Origin: Lama guanicoe
Lineage: Eukaryota
Direction of reading: 5' to 3'
DNA: 64,000 nucleotides
NCBI GenBank assembly: GCA_013239625.1
Contig: MU055574.1
Coordinates: forward strand, 26,569,373 to 26,633,372
Positions 38,401 to 51,815 of the stretch are shown here, piece after piece. The notes under the pieces are model-generated. The model worked only from the letters and a program-made list of their open reading frames with translations, searched no databases and was not told the DNA's origin. Each line of letters opens with the position of its first letter. The stretch's first letter is position 1. Both the position numbers and the translations under genes were made by a program.

Positions 38401-39985
38401 TATGAGCTAATAAACGAGTTCATAGAGGAGGCAGAGCACGGGAGAAGTGTGTGTAAGTCAGTTCTGTTTGTGCACACCGGCAATGGTAAACCAGAAATAT
38501 GAAATTGAGAGAACAAGTGTATTTAAAATAGTATTTAAAAAGGAAAAAAAACCACTGAAAATATATTTAGCCAAAGAAGTGCAACTTGTATATTGAATTC
38601 TGTAAAACATTTTTGAAGGAAATTTGATAAACGGAAAGACGTCCCCTGTTCGTGGATTGGAAGGCTTATTATTTTCAAGGCAACGACAATCCCCAAATTG
38701 ATCTACAGATTCAACGCAACACATATCAAAATGCCAACTGCCTTTTTAAAATAGAAATCTATGAGTTTATTCTAAATTTAATATGGAATTTTAGAAACCC
38801 AGAAAGCCACAACAATATTAAAAAAAAAAGCACTCACACTTCCCGAATCCAAAACTTACTATAAAGACACAATAATCAAAACAGGGGACTCCCGAACAAA
38901 CGCAGACATAAGGGTCAGTAGAATAGGGTCATGAGTCCAGAAAGAGATGCGCACATCTATGGGAAACCGATTTCCAACAGCGGCGTCAAGATTACCCACT
39001 GGGGGAAAGTTGTTTCTTCCGCAAATTTTGCTGAGACCATTGGCTGTCCATCCGTGTGCAAATGCGTGAAGTTGTGTTCTTTTCCACACCATATATAAAG
39101 TTAACCCAAACTGATCAAAGACCTAAATGCAATAGCTAAGGTTACAAAACTCTTAGAAGAAGACTTAGAGCTGTATCTTTACAACCTTGGATTAGGCCAC
39201 AGTTTCTTAGTGCAACACATAAGATCAACACATAAGTGAGAAAGAAAAAAGCAAGAAAACTGGACTCCCCAAAATTAAGAATTTTGTGATTCAAAGGGCA
39301 ACATCAAGAAAATGAAAAACCAGCCTGCACAGCACGTGGAAGTATTTGCAGCTCACCCATCTGACGAGGTCTAGTATCCAGAACGTATGAAGAAACTCCT
39401 TCAACTCAACAGTAAAAATAGAGACCCAATGCATACAGGGCAAAGGATTTGAATAGATAGTTCTTTTCAGAAAGATAGACAAATGGCAAATAAGCTCATG
39501 GAAAGAGGCAAAAGCGGCTCAGCATTATTAGTCATTAAAGAGAATGCAAATCAAACCACTGCAAGATAGGACCGCCCGCCACTAGGACGCTGTACGTAAA
39601 GAAGACGGTAGGCAACGGGTTGGCGAGGATGCGAAACCGGGACCGCTGGGGAGGGGCCTCGGAGAAGTCGCATCTGCCAGTCCTGCTGGGGGAGCTGTCT
39701 TCAATCTCGGGGGACATCGTCCTGATCTTGGTGACTCTGACTTAACTGGAAACACGGTCTACATATATGACGCATTTGGGGAAAATTATAAAGGCTCTGA
39801 ACAAGAAGTGCAAGATACGGCGCTTTAAATAAACACGAGGGTTCACACTGAATACAGACGTCATCACTTGTGAAACGCTGGCCATTCCTGGAGTGTCGGA
39901 CGTCAGGACTTGCATTTGAACTTCTTTTGAAAGTATTTCACAAGACAGTGCATGATTTAGTCAATCCACTAACGAGAAACGTTGT
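35990..39985 (+). mobile_element. Old, internally deleted L1M/L1MC-like element (5' UTR, ORF1, ORF2 and 3' fragments)
   Basis: ORF1-like QIQEAQRTPS and AIFEEIMAEN. ORF2-like FSPKVRNK...LLNIILE..ARTIRQ, plus cgtggattggaagg, gatctacagattcaacgca and aaagacctaaatg. Confidence 0.85.
38365..38395. repeat. (AC)n microsatellite, about 15 units
   Basis: Directly visible. Confidence 0.97.
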
Positions 39986-42559
39986 TCAAGACAGAGGTCA
40001 TTTCTCTTGACCATCAAAACTCAGAAGCCACGTGGCAGCCACAGAGACGCGTCTGAGGAGCATAATCAGCAGGGGAAGAAGGAGGCCGTCTGTCTTCATT
40101 TCTTGCCGCCACGGTTCTCCTGCAATGGGTTAACTCTAAATCCCTTCATGAGAAAAGGCTGTCCTTCAGGGAAAAGGAGAAACGCAGCTTTGTTAACCCC
40201 TCATGCCTTTCCTGGGACTCTTAAAGGTTAAAACACAGGGAGCAACAGTCGGAAGGAGTTCCCTGGCCTGGGGAGGGCCCGCCAGTCCACATGGAGCTGA
40301 AGCCACATCTGCGAACGAGCAGCTGGTAACCAGAGGCATGTGGCCTGGCCAGCGGCCAACGGCCTCACCCGGGATGTGTTTGGAAGTGTCACTCTGCTGC
40401 TGAGCTGTGTCTCAGAGCACCCCCGGGATGAGGAGGCAGCGGGGCCCACTTTGTCCTGCGACGCTCACAGCAGGCACCTGGGGGTGGAACCACCGTCCAC
40501 AGCAAATCGGCCGCTTGCTGACTGGCTGGGATGGCTCTGCCCTCAACCACCCAGCTTTGTTCTCCATTTTCCAGAGGGTACTGGAAACCATGTGCTGAAA
40601 CGCTTCGAGCTTGACAATCAAACTACCCAGACGCCCAGCGCAGAAATGAGGCTGAACGTGGCTGAATCTGCTCCCGCACTCGGCCGTAGGGAAACGCGAG
40701 TGCCTGCATTGTGGGCGTGCAGATCACTTCGCCCCTAACGCTCACGGGTGGGCAGAAGGCTCAGGCCGGGGCCTCATCCGGGGAGGCGCAGCAGAGCTCA
40801 CTCTGTTCCCAAGACTCAGCACCGGCGGCTTCCTTTTGGGTACGATTTCATAATTTCATCTCCCTTAATTTCCACCAAGATATTTCCCCGGTTCATTTGG
40901 TTTCTGAAAACTTTTGATATTTTGTGTGTTTATACTTTAAAAAATTACTTAATACCGTTTGATATTTAGTTTGAATAAACCATCCAGCGTCAAGGAGGAC
41001 TTGATCAAACAAAATACTTTAATAGACAGCAGTTTTCTCACAGGGTTTCCGTACCCTTTCCTAAAACTGGACACAAGAATTTCCAATATTAAGGGGAAAG
41101 TTTTGTTTTGTTTTTCCCCTTTGGATTTGAATCTGCTTAAGACCATGTGGTTTCTAAGATGAAAATCAGACTCAGATTCTTTTGTTACTGCTGCTGTTGG
41201 GGGAGGGGAACTGAACAAAAAAGACCAAAATGCCTTCTTAGATGTCAAACAGCCCTAACAAAGCAGCTCGATGGGCCACACGTAAGCGCACGGGAAGCAC
41301 ATGGGCTGCATTTCCAGTATAATATGCAGCACGCACAGGGGCTCGCTGCTTAGGGGATGCGCTGGGTCAAATCTGAGCATGTAGCCCGGTCTGGAGGGCC
41401 GTGTTGCAAGATGTGATAGGGTTCAACTGGGCCCGGGTTCACCCAGCTGGGACACGGAGGCATCTCTGGAAGTACTTGTCTGACGTCCTTGGAAGCTGGT
41501 AGGTTATTTTAGGAATGCAAAGCTCGCACACATAAGGAAAAGTCTGCTAGAATTTAGGGCCCGATACTAAGTCAGCACCGCACGGAGGAGAGTGACTGGG
41601 GGCTGCCGCTTCCTGCCGTCCGAGCCAGACGCCGTTGCGGCTGGAAGCTCGCTCCTCCTTGCCCGGGGCCGGACGAGACGAGGCTGGAGGTTCACGCTGT
41701 TCCCGGTGTCTGTGAGTCACCGGAACAAGCAGAAGTCTGAACTACGTGGCGCGTGTGGGGACGGATCTGTGCGAGCGGGACGCCTGCCTCGAGCCGCCCG
41801 GCAGTGACTTCTGAGGGCGGGTCGCTGGCCGGCCGCTCGGGGAGAGCCGAACGCTCACGCCTCCGTCAGCAGGCGGGCTGGGTGCGGCGGCCGCGTCCTG
41901 CAACCGTGCTGACTTCATTTGTGCGGGAAAAGCCCAGCCGACGTGTGTGCGCTTTGTTTCCAAGATACTCAACACTTGATATAAATAAGAAGAGAATGGA
42001 AATCCCTTAGTCAAAACGAACAGATTCTGCCCTAAAAGACTGGTTTTGTTGAGCTTTTGAAAGGGATGAAATCTTTAAAATGTGGGTGGACACGAGCATT
42101 TTCTGGTGAGAGCCGTCACCCCTGGCTTTCCACTTACTCCAGAAAGGACCTAGACCACGTTCCCAAGGGCTCCAGCGGTGCCCGCCCAGGAAACTGCCCT
42201 TGGCGGGACCACCGGGCGCACATGAGGGTGATGTGGGCTCCGGGAACCGGTGGTAGATCTCCGTACATGGACAGCGGGGTCTGGTCAGACCAACACGAGG
42301 CCCTGCAGAACTTCAGTAGTTCTTGATAGGCAATAAGTCTTGTATCGTCCAGCAAAGGAACAGCTCTGCCTTCACAGTGCTGTTCCCAGACTGCGGGCTA
42401 GAATCAATCGCAGTGTAGACGGCTGAAGGGAGGAGGCACCACCAGCAGAGCGCGTGAAGGGTGCGGCGTGCGAGAGTTCACGCCCGGACCAAAAGCCTGC
42501 TCTTGGCTCTGTTTCTCCAATCATTGATGTTTACCTTTCTTCTTTGTAAAGTGAAGCAT

Positions 42560-43135
42560 TTGTTTCATTGATCTAATTTACATACAGTCCAGTGCATAAG
42601 TACAAATGAGTGAGTTTTTTCTTAGTTTTTTAAACACCTTTACTGTGGTCTGGTTCCTGTACAGTAACCTACACGTTTCAGGTGTACAATTTGATGAATT
42701 TTGGTAGATGCACACACGCGTGAAACCACCACCACGATCAAGACAGCCAGCGCTTCCATGACTCCCAGCAGGTGCAGCTTGCGAATTCCCAGTGTACCCC
42801 TTCCCGCCCCCTTTCCCCGGCCACCATAAGATTTTCTTTTTGTCTGTGAATGTTTCTGTTTTATAGGTAAGTTCATTGGTGTCCTTTTTCTTTTTTTAAG
42901 ATTCCACATAGAGGTGATGTCATGTGGCATTTTTCTTTCTCTGTCTGGCTTACTTCACTTGGAATGATGATGTCCAGGTCCACGTACGTTGCTGCAAATG
43001 GCCTTTATTCTCTGTGTGGCCGAGTAGTGCTCCATTGTGTAAATGAGCCACGGCTTCTTTTTGCAGTCCTCTGTCAGTGGGCATCGGGGCTGCTCCCTCG
43101 TCGGGGCCGCGGTGGGCATGGGGGTGCAAGCGTCC
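42560..43135 (-). mobile_element. L1 3' fragments (L1MB-like end joined to a younger L1 3' region)
   Basis: ggtgtacaatttgatgaattttgg...gtgaaaccaccaccacgatcaag, then agattccacata...tctttctctgtctggcttacttcactt...gttgctgcaaatggc. Confidence 0.85.
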
Positions 43136-43504
43136 TTACTGGCTCAGGCTTGCCTGGGCTGTGGCTCAATGAGACAACTTCCCTGCTCGCCTCCGAGGAG
43201 CTGACGCTTGTCACACAGCTGGCAGAGGATCATTCTGAGAACCAGTCCTTATGGGAATGGTTCTGAGTCTTCTTGGGCACAAGCCCCCAGGTGATGATCT
43301 GGAACGTTCCAGCCGCCTGGAACAGTGGGTTTGGGGTCCGTGATCTGACCAAGCTTTGCTACTTGCAAGCGGGCTTTTCTCCATGAAATAAAGCCCTGGA
43401 GTACCTTTCCTGGAAGATGACAGAACTTGTGCCAGCAGTGGCTGGATGTCCACCTGCAGGATCAGGACCAACCACAGATCAGAAAGCACCTTTTCACCTG
43501 GGAC

Positions 43505-43645
43505 CTCGCTACTGCAAGCGAGACGAGGGACCAGCAGCTCCCGGGAGCTTGTTAGACACAGAATCTGAGCACCCACTCTGAGCTGCTGAGTAGGAATCTG
43601 GGTGTCAAAACTCAGACACACACTGAAGTCTGAGAGGCACTGGTC
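43505..43645. mobile_element. MER5A-like hAT-Charlie DNA transposon remnant
   Basis: ggaccagcagc...gggagcttgttaga...cagaatct...gaatctg...cacactgaagtctgagaggcactgg. Confidence 0.7.
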
Positions 43646-45099
43646 CTCCTCAGAAGGCTGCCTCATGAGAGCCTCTCAGCTGCGCTGCAGCCGGCGACAC
43701 CAGCTGAAGCTGGGCTTCTGCTCCCAGAGGAAGAAGACAACCAATACTCAGCATTCACGTTTAGGGAAAAGAACTGAGGAGTTTTCCGTACGGTGTTTCC
43801 TTCTGATCCAGTCCTTCAAGGTTCACTTCTGTGGCACAGACCACGACGGCTGGCCGTTTACTCTGGGACTCAGGGTGGAGGAAGGGTGAAAATGGAGCAA
43901 CTACAGCATGGCACACCAACATAGGTCTTAACAAATAAATACTGTGTGCCAGTTAGTGATGCGTGATTGCAGGTCACGCCCTGAAGTCATAGTCTGTGTG
44001 AATGTCCATCTGTATTTTTAAAGCACTGATACTGACCTCAGGTACCACGCTATCTTCAACATTTTCTTCATGTCCAATTTGGGATGAACATTAAAAAATA
44101 TTTGACTCATATAAGCATTCCAAATATTGGATGTTATTCAAACCTACGAATTTCTTAGGCCTGAAAATGTGGAAAATTAGAAATCTGGAGGGTGCTTGAT
44201 AAGGTTTCTAGTAATTTCTGTTTCTAGTTGAGGTATGGATGGTGAGAGGCAGGGCCCGGGCCCCCCCGCCTCTCGCTCCCTCACTGATGGGCGCACTTAG
44301 GAAAGGCAGCTGCACGCAGACCAGCAGGTTGCTGCGCTGTGGGCGGGGTGCCCGGGCCTCCCCGGGGCTGCGGTGATTCCCAGCAGAGGGTGGGATCTGT
44401 CCTGGGTCCAGCCTCTTCTATTCTAGATATATTATCGGGATTTCTGCCAACTGCAGGCAAGGTCTCTGCCCCAGAACAGCCACTGGACGAAAGCACTTTT
44501 CTAGGCAAGCCCACCAGTCCGCCACAGGCCTCCTGCCAGACCCCACCTGGACCACAGCGGCCTGCCTGGGGTCAGGGCTGGCCCTGTGGCCCCTCGGACG
44601 CCCTGATGGCAGAGCTCTGCCCACAGACGGGCCCGGTCTGCATGGTGGGGAGTTTCGACTGGCCGCCTTTTTCAGGACTTTTGAGTGAAAGACACTATGG
44701 AAAGTCAGAGCACAGGAGAGAGAGACACACAAGGCGGCAAACAGAAGACCAGGAACAAAAACACACAGATGCGCGTGAGGTGCCGCGTCAGGGGGGGCCC
44801 GCAGGGCTGGCCCCGAGCTACTGCTGCCGGAGCCCATGTGGCTGCAGGGACCTCAAAGCACGGTCCTGCTGCCTCCCTGTGCCTGACAAATATTCCTGAT
44901 CACCGCGGTCACCTCCCTGTGCAAGACACACAGACAAGACAGTACCTGGGGACAGCCATTTATGTGGAGGTGTGGCCCCGGGAAGCGCAGACAGAGGAGC
45001 ATGGCGGTGAGACAGGCAGCGAGCCCCTTCCACGCTGGAAGTTAACCGGCGAGGGTGCTCCCCGGCCTCCGCGATGTGCTGCTCCAGTCCTACAAGTTA

Positions 45100-46130
45100 C
45101 CATCCAGTGTTGTTCACTGACTCCTTATTCACAACTTTGCACCCACCCAGCTCCTTTGAGCTGATAGTGTCAAATACATTACCTTTCTGTATGCTACAGG
45201 ACCAATAATAGGATTTTTGTCTACTGTTTTATGTGATTGCAATTGAATCAGATGAATGAATAAAAAGAAGAAATGTGCATTTATGTTGTCTTTTATGTCT
45301 ACCTAATTTCCTCTGCCGATGCCCGTGTGTGTGTGGAGTTACTGTCACTTGCGTTCAGACTAAAGAAAATTTCTCGTCAGGTGGTTCTGGGAGCGACAAT
45401 TCTCTCAGATTTTATCTGTGCATTAATGTTTTTATTTCACCTTCAGCTTTGAAAGATAGCTTAGCTAGATACAAAATTCCTGGCTGACAATCTTTTCCCC
45501 TCTTCCAGCGCCCTGAGTGTGCCCTCTGACTGGCTTCTGGGCTCCGCAGTTTCCTGTGAGAATCCAGTTCCTAATGCTATGTGGGTTCCTTTGTGCACAA
45601 TATTCATTTTTCTCGTTCTGCTTTCAAGACGTTGCCTTTGTTTTCAGCCTTTTCACCATGACGTGTCTGAGCGTCAGTCTCTTTGCATTTATTCTATTTG
45701 GAGCGCGTTGAGCTTCTTGGATTTTAGATTAATATTCTTCATCAGACGTGGGACGTTTTCAAGGAGGATTTCTTTACATATCTCCTCTCTCTCCTCTTCT
45801 CTTTATGTCGGTGTGCGTGGCAGCTCCTCCCTGAAGGATCTGTGGCACCTGAACGGGATCTGCAGGGAGTGGGAGGCCTGCTTTTTGGCCACATTCACCC
45901 AGAGTAGATGTTCTGCTGTGTCAAGGTGGTGGGGGAGCACGCTGTGGCTTGAATGTCACGGAATCCCACGTTGCTACTGAGATCGAGCAAGTTTCCTTAA
46001 GTGAATGTTCTTGCATTTGCTGTGCACCTTTGGGGACATTCCTAGAGACTTTAAATGGTTGTTTTCAAAATAATCTGCAGCAGTCACGGCTGTTTTCTGT
46101 GCAGCTGCGAATGTCGCCGTTCCAGAGGCA
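45100..46130 (-). mobile_element. Old L1M ORF1-region fragment
   Basis: aattctctcagattttatctg...tttatttcaccttcagctttgaaagatag...ttctgctttcaaga...tttattctatttggag...gagcttcttggat. Confidence 0.75.
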
Positions 46131-46329
46131 GCACCCTCACCTGCATCTGTCCTCAGGCTTGCTTGACGTCGTTGTCAGGGTCTCATGTGCTTCCACTCCT
46201 GCCCCTGCACCGTGGGGCTCACCTTCTCAACATCCTGGCTGTTTTCCTGTATCCGCATCTTGGCTGCCCTGCTGCAGCTCAGGACTCATTCCTTCTCTCT
46301 TGATGCTTTCTGAGTGATCTCTGGTTACA

Positions 46330-46975
46330 GATTTTTCTCCATTAAGCCCATCTCCCCCATTGCTTAAAAAAACCCACTTAAAACCCTACAGAGTTTCCAG
46401 CTTGCCTCAGGATAAAACTGAAGTCCTCGTCAGTCTAGTAAACACCATCTGTCGTGCACGATGGGTACCTCCTGTGCTTTAACCACCCTGCCCATCCTCC
46501 GCACGCGTGCTTCTGCTCGGTCTGCATACAAGTTCCCTCGACCCACAGCAGCCTTCTCACCCTTCTGTCCGCAAAGCCCCTCTGAAACTTAAGTAGGTGG
46601 AGTCTCTTCCATTGCAAGTTATTACAAGACATTGACTGTAGTTCCCTGTGTTAGACGGTGGGCCCTGTTGTTCATCTGTTTACATACGGTGGTGTCCATA
46701 TGTTAACCCCAAACCCCTCATTTATCACAACAGTTGTAAATCAACTCTACTTCAGTAAAAAAAACTTCAAGTAGCTCAGGGCTGAATTCATTAGAAACGT
46801 GGAAGCTGATGACTCTTCTGCCCCAGCTTCCCCACAGCTCTGTGGTGTCTGCCCTCTTGTCTGTCTTCTGTGTCAGCATGTGGGCTCTGGAGGCCACACG
46901 CTGCTTTGACCTCTGTTCCCTTAGCACCAGCCCAGTGCCTGACGTGCAGAAGGCGGTTAATGAGTAAGTGTAATC
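46330..46975 (+). mobile_element. L2 3' fragment, interrupted by an L1
   Basis: cttaaaaccctacagagtttcc...ctcaggataaaa...ccagcccagtgcctgacgtgcagaaggcggttaatgagt. Confidence 0.55.
46597..46761 (+). mobile_element. Short L1 insertion with 5' inversion (twin priming)
   Basis: 46597-46726 is antisense L1 3' UTR (ttattacaagacattgactgtagttccctgtg). 46727-46761 is the sense terminus (ttgtaaatcaactctacttcagtaaaa). TSDs are aaacttaagtag and aaacttcaagtag. Confidence 0.85.
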
Positions 46976-47464
46976 AATTTAAAAAGAACTGGCTGTGACG
47001 TGACACCTATTTGCATGAAGTTCACAGTTTAGCAGAGACTTCAGCGTGCAAGCCATTCCAGGTTAGCAGGTGAATACCATGACAATCACACGAGCAAGCG
47101 CACAGGGAAGCTTGGCGGGGCGCGGGGCCGGAGGGCAGCTGGGGCTCAGCTGGAGCGGGGGGATTTCAGTGGGCAGACAGCGGGGAGGGGAGGGGAACTC
47201 AGAGGAGACGGCGGTGAAGAGGCTGCTCACAGCTTGTTTGGGAAAGGGAAACAGTAAGTAAGACTGAAGGGTCGGACACACCCAGGCAGTGGGTGGAAAC
47301 ATGGCCACGAGAGCGATTCCAGGCCAATTCTGAAGAACGTGTAGTTTCAGTTTAAGGAATTTAGTTCTTCATTTTGTATTGATACTTGTATCATGCTTCT
47401 CTGTGCAGACTGGATACGAGAACATGGACTTCCCAAACTGCCACAGCTGTGTAGGTGTCAAAAT

Positions 47465-47956
47465 TCTCACCGAGTCCAAATGCGCTCTGCTCGCTGCACG
47501 ACAGGCCAGTAAATCAGGAGATGAGGTGTTGGGGACAAGGAATAACGGTTTTATGCAGGAAGCCAGCAGACTGCGAAGATGAAGGACTGATGTCCTGGAG
47601 AACCATCCCCCCCAAGTCAGAATTCAGGCTCCTGAAAGGGGAGGGGCTGTGCCTGGCTGTCACAAAGCCCTTGGTGTCGGAATCCTCTGCTGCAGCTGCC
47701 CACGAGGGCCAGGTCACGGCGTTCCTGAAAACCTGAACAAGACAAATGCTGTTCTCTGTTCTGCAGCTCTATCCCTATATGAATGGAAAGTGTTACACCC
47801 TTAAGGGTCGGAGCCTGGAGAACGGGCTCCCCTGTCCATGTCAGGCTCCAGGCAACATGGTGCAGAACCAGCAGGACCCAGCCCAGGACGCAGAGCCCGG
47901 GGCTGGAGCTAAAGGCACAGCTCTCGCGTGGAGTCGGTCTGCTCTTCCCTCTGACA
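47465..47956 (-). mobile_element. Solo ERV1-type LTR (family A, copy 1)
   Basis: About 490 bp ending in ...ctgaca. Colinear over its full length with 53367-53867. Confidence 0.85.
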
Positions 47957-50498
47957 GCACGCGCTCTTCTCATTACCTGCGACCGGGACACAGCTGCTTC
48001 TGGGGACTTAAAGGGGACCCACAGCATTTGGTTTCTTTCAGTGGTGATGGGACAGCCATGCTGCATCTGAAATAACGCGGTGGCAGCATCGCGGCCGAGT
48101 CGCTGTGTGTGTGCACGTGAGTGGACGTGTCCTGCCTGCAGTGTTCGCAGGAGATGCCGGGACGTCTTGTGGAGACGCCCCCAGCGCCGGCGATTTGATG
48201 GCACCCAAACTGACATCCACATCAACAGAAAGACTGCCTTGTGTTGAAAATGATTGGATTGTTCGTCTCAGAAAAATATCAAAATGCTCTATAAACTCAG
48301 CTCGCGTGGAAACGCTTTTGAGGTCTGAGCTTGGCCTCCGGAGGTCTCTTCAGGCCTGGCAGCCGCACGTCACCCGGCCCCGGAGTAGTTTCTGACACTG
48401 CCAGAGTAACGGCTGACCCGGGCCCACGCCAGCCCTTCCTGGCGGCCATGGGTCCTTCCCGACTCTGAGGGGCTCTGAGGAGGAGGACGTTCAGCAAACA
48501 CCAGCTCAGCCGAGGGGAACAGAAACAAGGTTTCCCCACGTGAAGCGTTTCTGTTGAGGTGAGAACGCGAGGTCAAACGGGGAGACGGGCCCCGCCTGGG
48601 ACGCGGCGCCCCGGACGCTGCCGCCTCGCCCGCTCCCGGCCCTTCACCCGCCTCCCCTCCTGTCTCCGCGGAGGTGCCAGCCTGCCCGCGCTGTTCAGGG
48701 GGGCAGCTCCCGCACGCCGCCTGGCCCGTGGCCCGGGGCGGGCTCGCTCACCTGGCCCTGCGGTCCCGCCCGGAGGGGCGTCTCCCCAGGGCCCAGCGCT
48801 GCCTCCCACATCAGCTCTAGCACCACCAACTGTGGCTTCCCTCTGCCCCAGGCTTTCCAGACCCCTGTCTGGTGTTTTTCAGGGTCCCGTGGGCGAGAAC
48901 GTAACACAGTTATGACAGTGGGTGGGGAGGGTTTAAAGCTCACGCCACTTTATGGAAAACACACTGTGGGAAAAAGCAGAGACCTTGTGGGATTCCCACC
49001 CACCCCGTGCAGGACCACTGGGAACCCCACAGGCTTTCGCTCTCATGGGGGAGGATGTTAAACATGCCAGCACCAGCCCAGGGGCCCCACCCAAGCCAGT
49101 GAGAGTAACACAGCAGGTGGAGGACACAGGGCACGTGGGACGTGAGCCCCACCAAGACTCTCCCCAGACAGGCGGCATCTGAGCAGAGGTCTGGAGCGTG
49201 AGGGCCGTAAGCCTGCAGGTGCCTGTGGCAGGGCTCCCAGGGGGAGCATCTCCCGAGGCGCGCGGAGAGGGAGCAGCGGGGACTGTGGGTGGGGCTGCAG
49301 GGCCGTGGGGGGGGGGCGGTCGGAGAGGCCACCACAGCCTGGATGGTGCTGGTGTGCAGAGAGCCCCAGAGGGTCTGAGCCTGCATTCTGTCCTAGGTCT
49401 GTGCCGGGTCCTTGCTGCCTGCAGGCACGTTTTGCCCCCACGACAAAGTGCTCCAGGAGGAATCACGGGAGCAAATGAATGGATGAGGATGCTAGAGACG
49501 TGAGGCCACTTCCTGGACGCAAAGGGCCAGTACCCGGGGAGCCCAGGCTGCGGAGCTGGGATCCCGTGACTCCTGAGTATTCAGCACGTGACAACGCAGA
49601 CGACTGAGCAGCCGCCCGAGCTGGGCCTCCTCTCCCGACCTCAGGATGCCGCGTGGGGCGGCGCTCCTCCTGGTGAGAATCGCTCTTCCTCTGCGCACAG
49701 AACCTTCATCACCACCTCATCCAAAGGCCCTCACGACTCTTTCTCTTGATCAAATTCAAAAAGACTTCCCCATTTGTAGCAACAGTGGGAATACACTAAA
49801 AAAGCTACCGTGATGTGCATGAACTTAGATTATTATCAACCACTTAATCCTGTTTGAAATATTCCATATTGTTAAAATTGTGGGCTCATTAAATTATTTT
49901 AGAACAGGAAACGTGCCTTCAAAAGTTCATGTTGCTGATTATCTGACCTTAAAAATTACAATATGCATTCGTTACATAAATCCTGTTTTCTCGTTTTATC
50001 TGAACCACGGCGTTTGCAATTTAAGTGGAAGCTTTCAGACCTGCCCCGTCCACAGCTGCTGTAACAGCTGTTCACATGCTTGTCTGTAACCATTCAGTGG
50101 ATCCACAACTAAAGTGCTTCCCTCACAGGTGAAGTTTCTGGGTGACAGTGGTGGCCACACAAGCCTGTTCGTGTGGTGAAGGTTAAGGAATTGTTCACTA
50201 AAGGGAACTTAAAAAGTGGAGTCTGAACAGAATGTCTGCTAGCTAATATTAATGGTTCTGCAAAAACAAACAAACAACAGCAAAACAAAACCACAACTCT
50301 TACGTATATGAGTCTGTAAATTCTGAAACTGCAAAGTTAATAAACAGTTATGAAATGATGACGAGTCTATGAAGTGCTAAATAAATATCAGCTGTATTGA
50401 CTGAGCCTTGCGTTAAGGCCTTATAGCAGGTGTTTCTAAGAGTAATGAATTAATGTGTCAAAACACGGTTCTCCAAAACAAATAGAAAAAACCCGGAT

Positions 50499-50971
50499 TG
50501 TAAGGGGAAAAAGGTTTCTATTAATGTCAGCAGGCCCCCGGGGGGCCTTCCAGGGTCAGGCCCCCCCCGCCACGTCCTCTGCTGCAGCTCCCCTCTGAAG
50601 CACCGGATCACAGTATCTCCCGCAGACTTCCTGAGTCTTTCAGATGCTCAACCACCACCAAAGGGAAGGAACGAGCTACTGATGATGGAGAGCGCGGGGC
50701 CCCCAGACCTCCTGGCCCCCGGGGCTGGGGAGTGTCGACGCCCTGTGACCGCGACATCAACCAGAGAACCTGCCCGAGCTGCTCGCGCACCTGCGCCCCC
50801 GCCCTCACCTGCCTTTGAGGAAGCTTTGCTGAAGCCCTTCGGGGAGCTGGGGGTTCCTGGGGCACAGCCACCCCGTCCCCTTGCTCGGCCCGGCGGTAGA
50901 CCTTTCTCAGTAGACGTTCGGTTTCCTTGTCCTCATGCTGCACTGGGCGCACGAACACGCCTTTGGGAGCA
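50499..50971 (+). mobile_element. Solo ERV1-type LTR, strongly GC-shifted
   Basis: Starts with tgtaagg. Has recognisable R/U5 text gctttgctgaagcccttcggggag...gccaccccgtccccttgc...cctttctc...gcacgaac. The TATA and polyA positions are degraded. Confidence 0.7.
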
Positions 50972-51815
50972 GGAGCAGTCTGGTCCTCGGTCAGCTGTGC
51001 CCTCCGGTCCCTGTTCCCGACCCCGCCAGCACCATGTGACCATGTGTTTACCCCGCCAGCACCAGCAGCATGTGTTTACCCGAGCTGGCCTGCTGTCCCC
51101 CCTCAGCATCCTCTCCCACCCTCCCCCTGCCTGGGAAGTGGTCCCCGCCTCCTGGCCTCCTGCCCTGGGGGTCCCCTCATCTTGAGCGTTGAGGGGAGCC
51201 TGGAGCCCCGCCTTGACGAGCAGAGTGCGGGGAGGGTGGCGGAGCCCCGCCTGAGACGAGGCTGTGCGGCTCCCGTCGTGCTCTCGGGGGCTTTCCTTCC
51301 CCGCTCCCCTGAGAGAAAAGGCTGCTTTGGGGGGCCTGTCCCAGGGGGAGGCCCACAGGCGAGGAGCGGGTGGCGGGTTCTGGCCGATGGCCCCGGGAGG
51401 CCGGGAGCCCCGACGGCCCCGCGGGTGAGCCTACCTGCAGGTGCCCCAGGGGGCCGCAGCCCTGCTCCGTCTGGGCGGCAGCTTCGTGAGAAGCCCCCGG
51501 CACAGCCTCGCCAGACCCCCGCCGCGCAGAGGCCGGGGACCCTGAGGGCTGTTGTAAGCCACTGTGTGTTGGGGGTGACTTCCAGGCCTGAGCTCTGGCG
51601 AGGGCGCGTCTCCACGAGGACGTCCCCGCGTCTCTGGCAGGTCCTCTGGCGCCGTCCTCTCGGGCCGGACGCGGCCTCTCCGGCGCCGCCTGCCAGCGCG
51701 CCCCCGGGCACTCACTCGCCGGTTCCGTCTTACTCTTCTCTGGGACATCAGCGTCTCGCCTCGGTAAACACTGACTGCACACACAGATGAGTGGGTGGGA
51801 GGCTGACAGACTTAC

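Noticed and set aside
47409-47450. Plus-strand mini-exon WIREHGLPKLPQL
   Set aside because: It is an isolated 42-nt AG/GT segment with no partner exons, 25 kb beyond the plus-strand gene's polyA signal. The same bases fit a minus-strand exon equally well.
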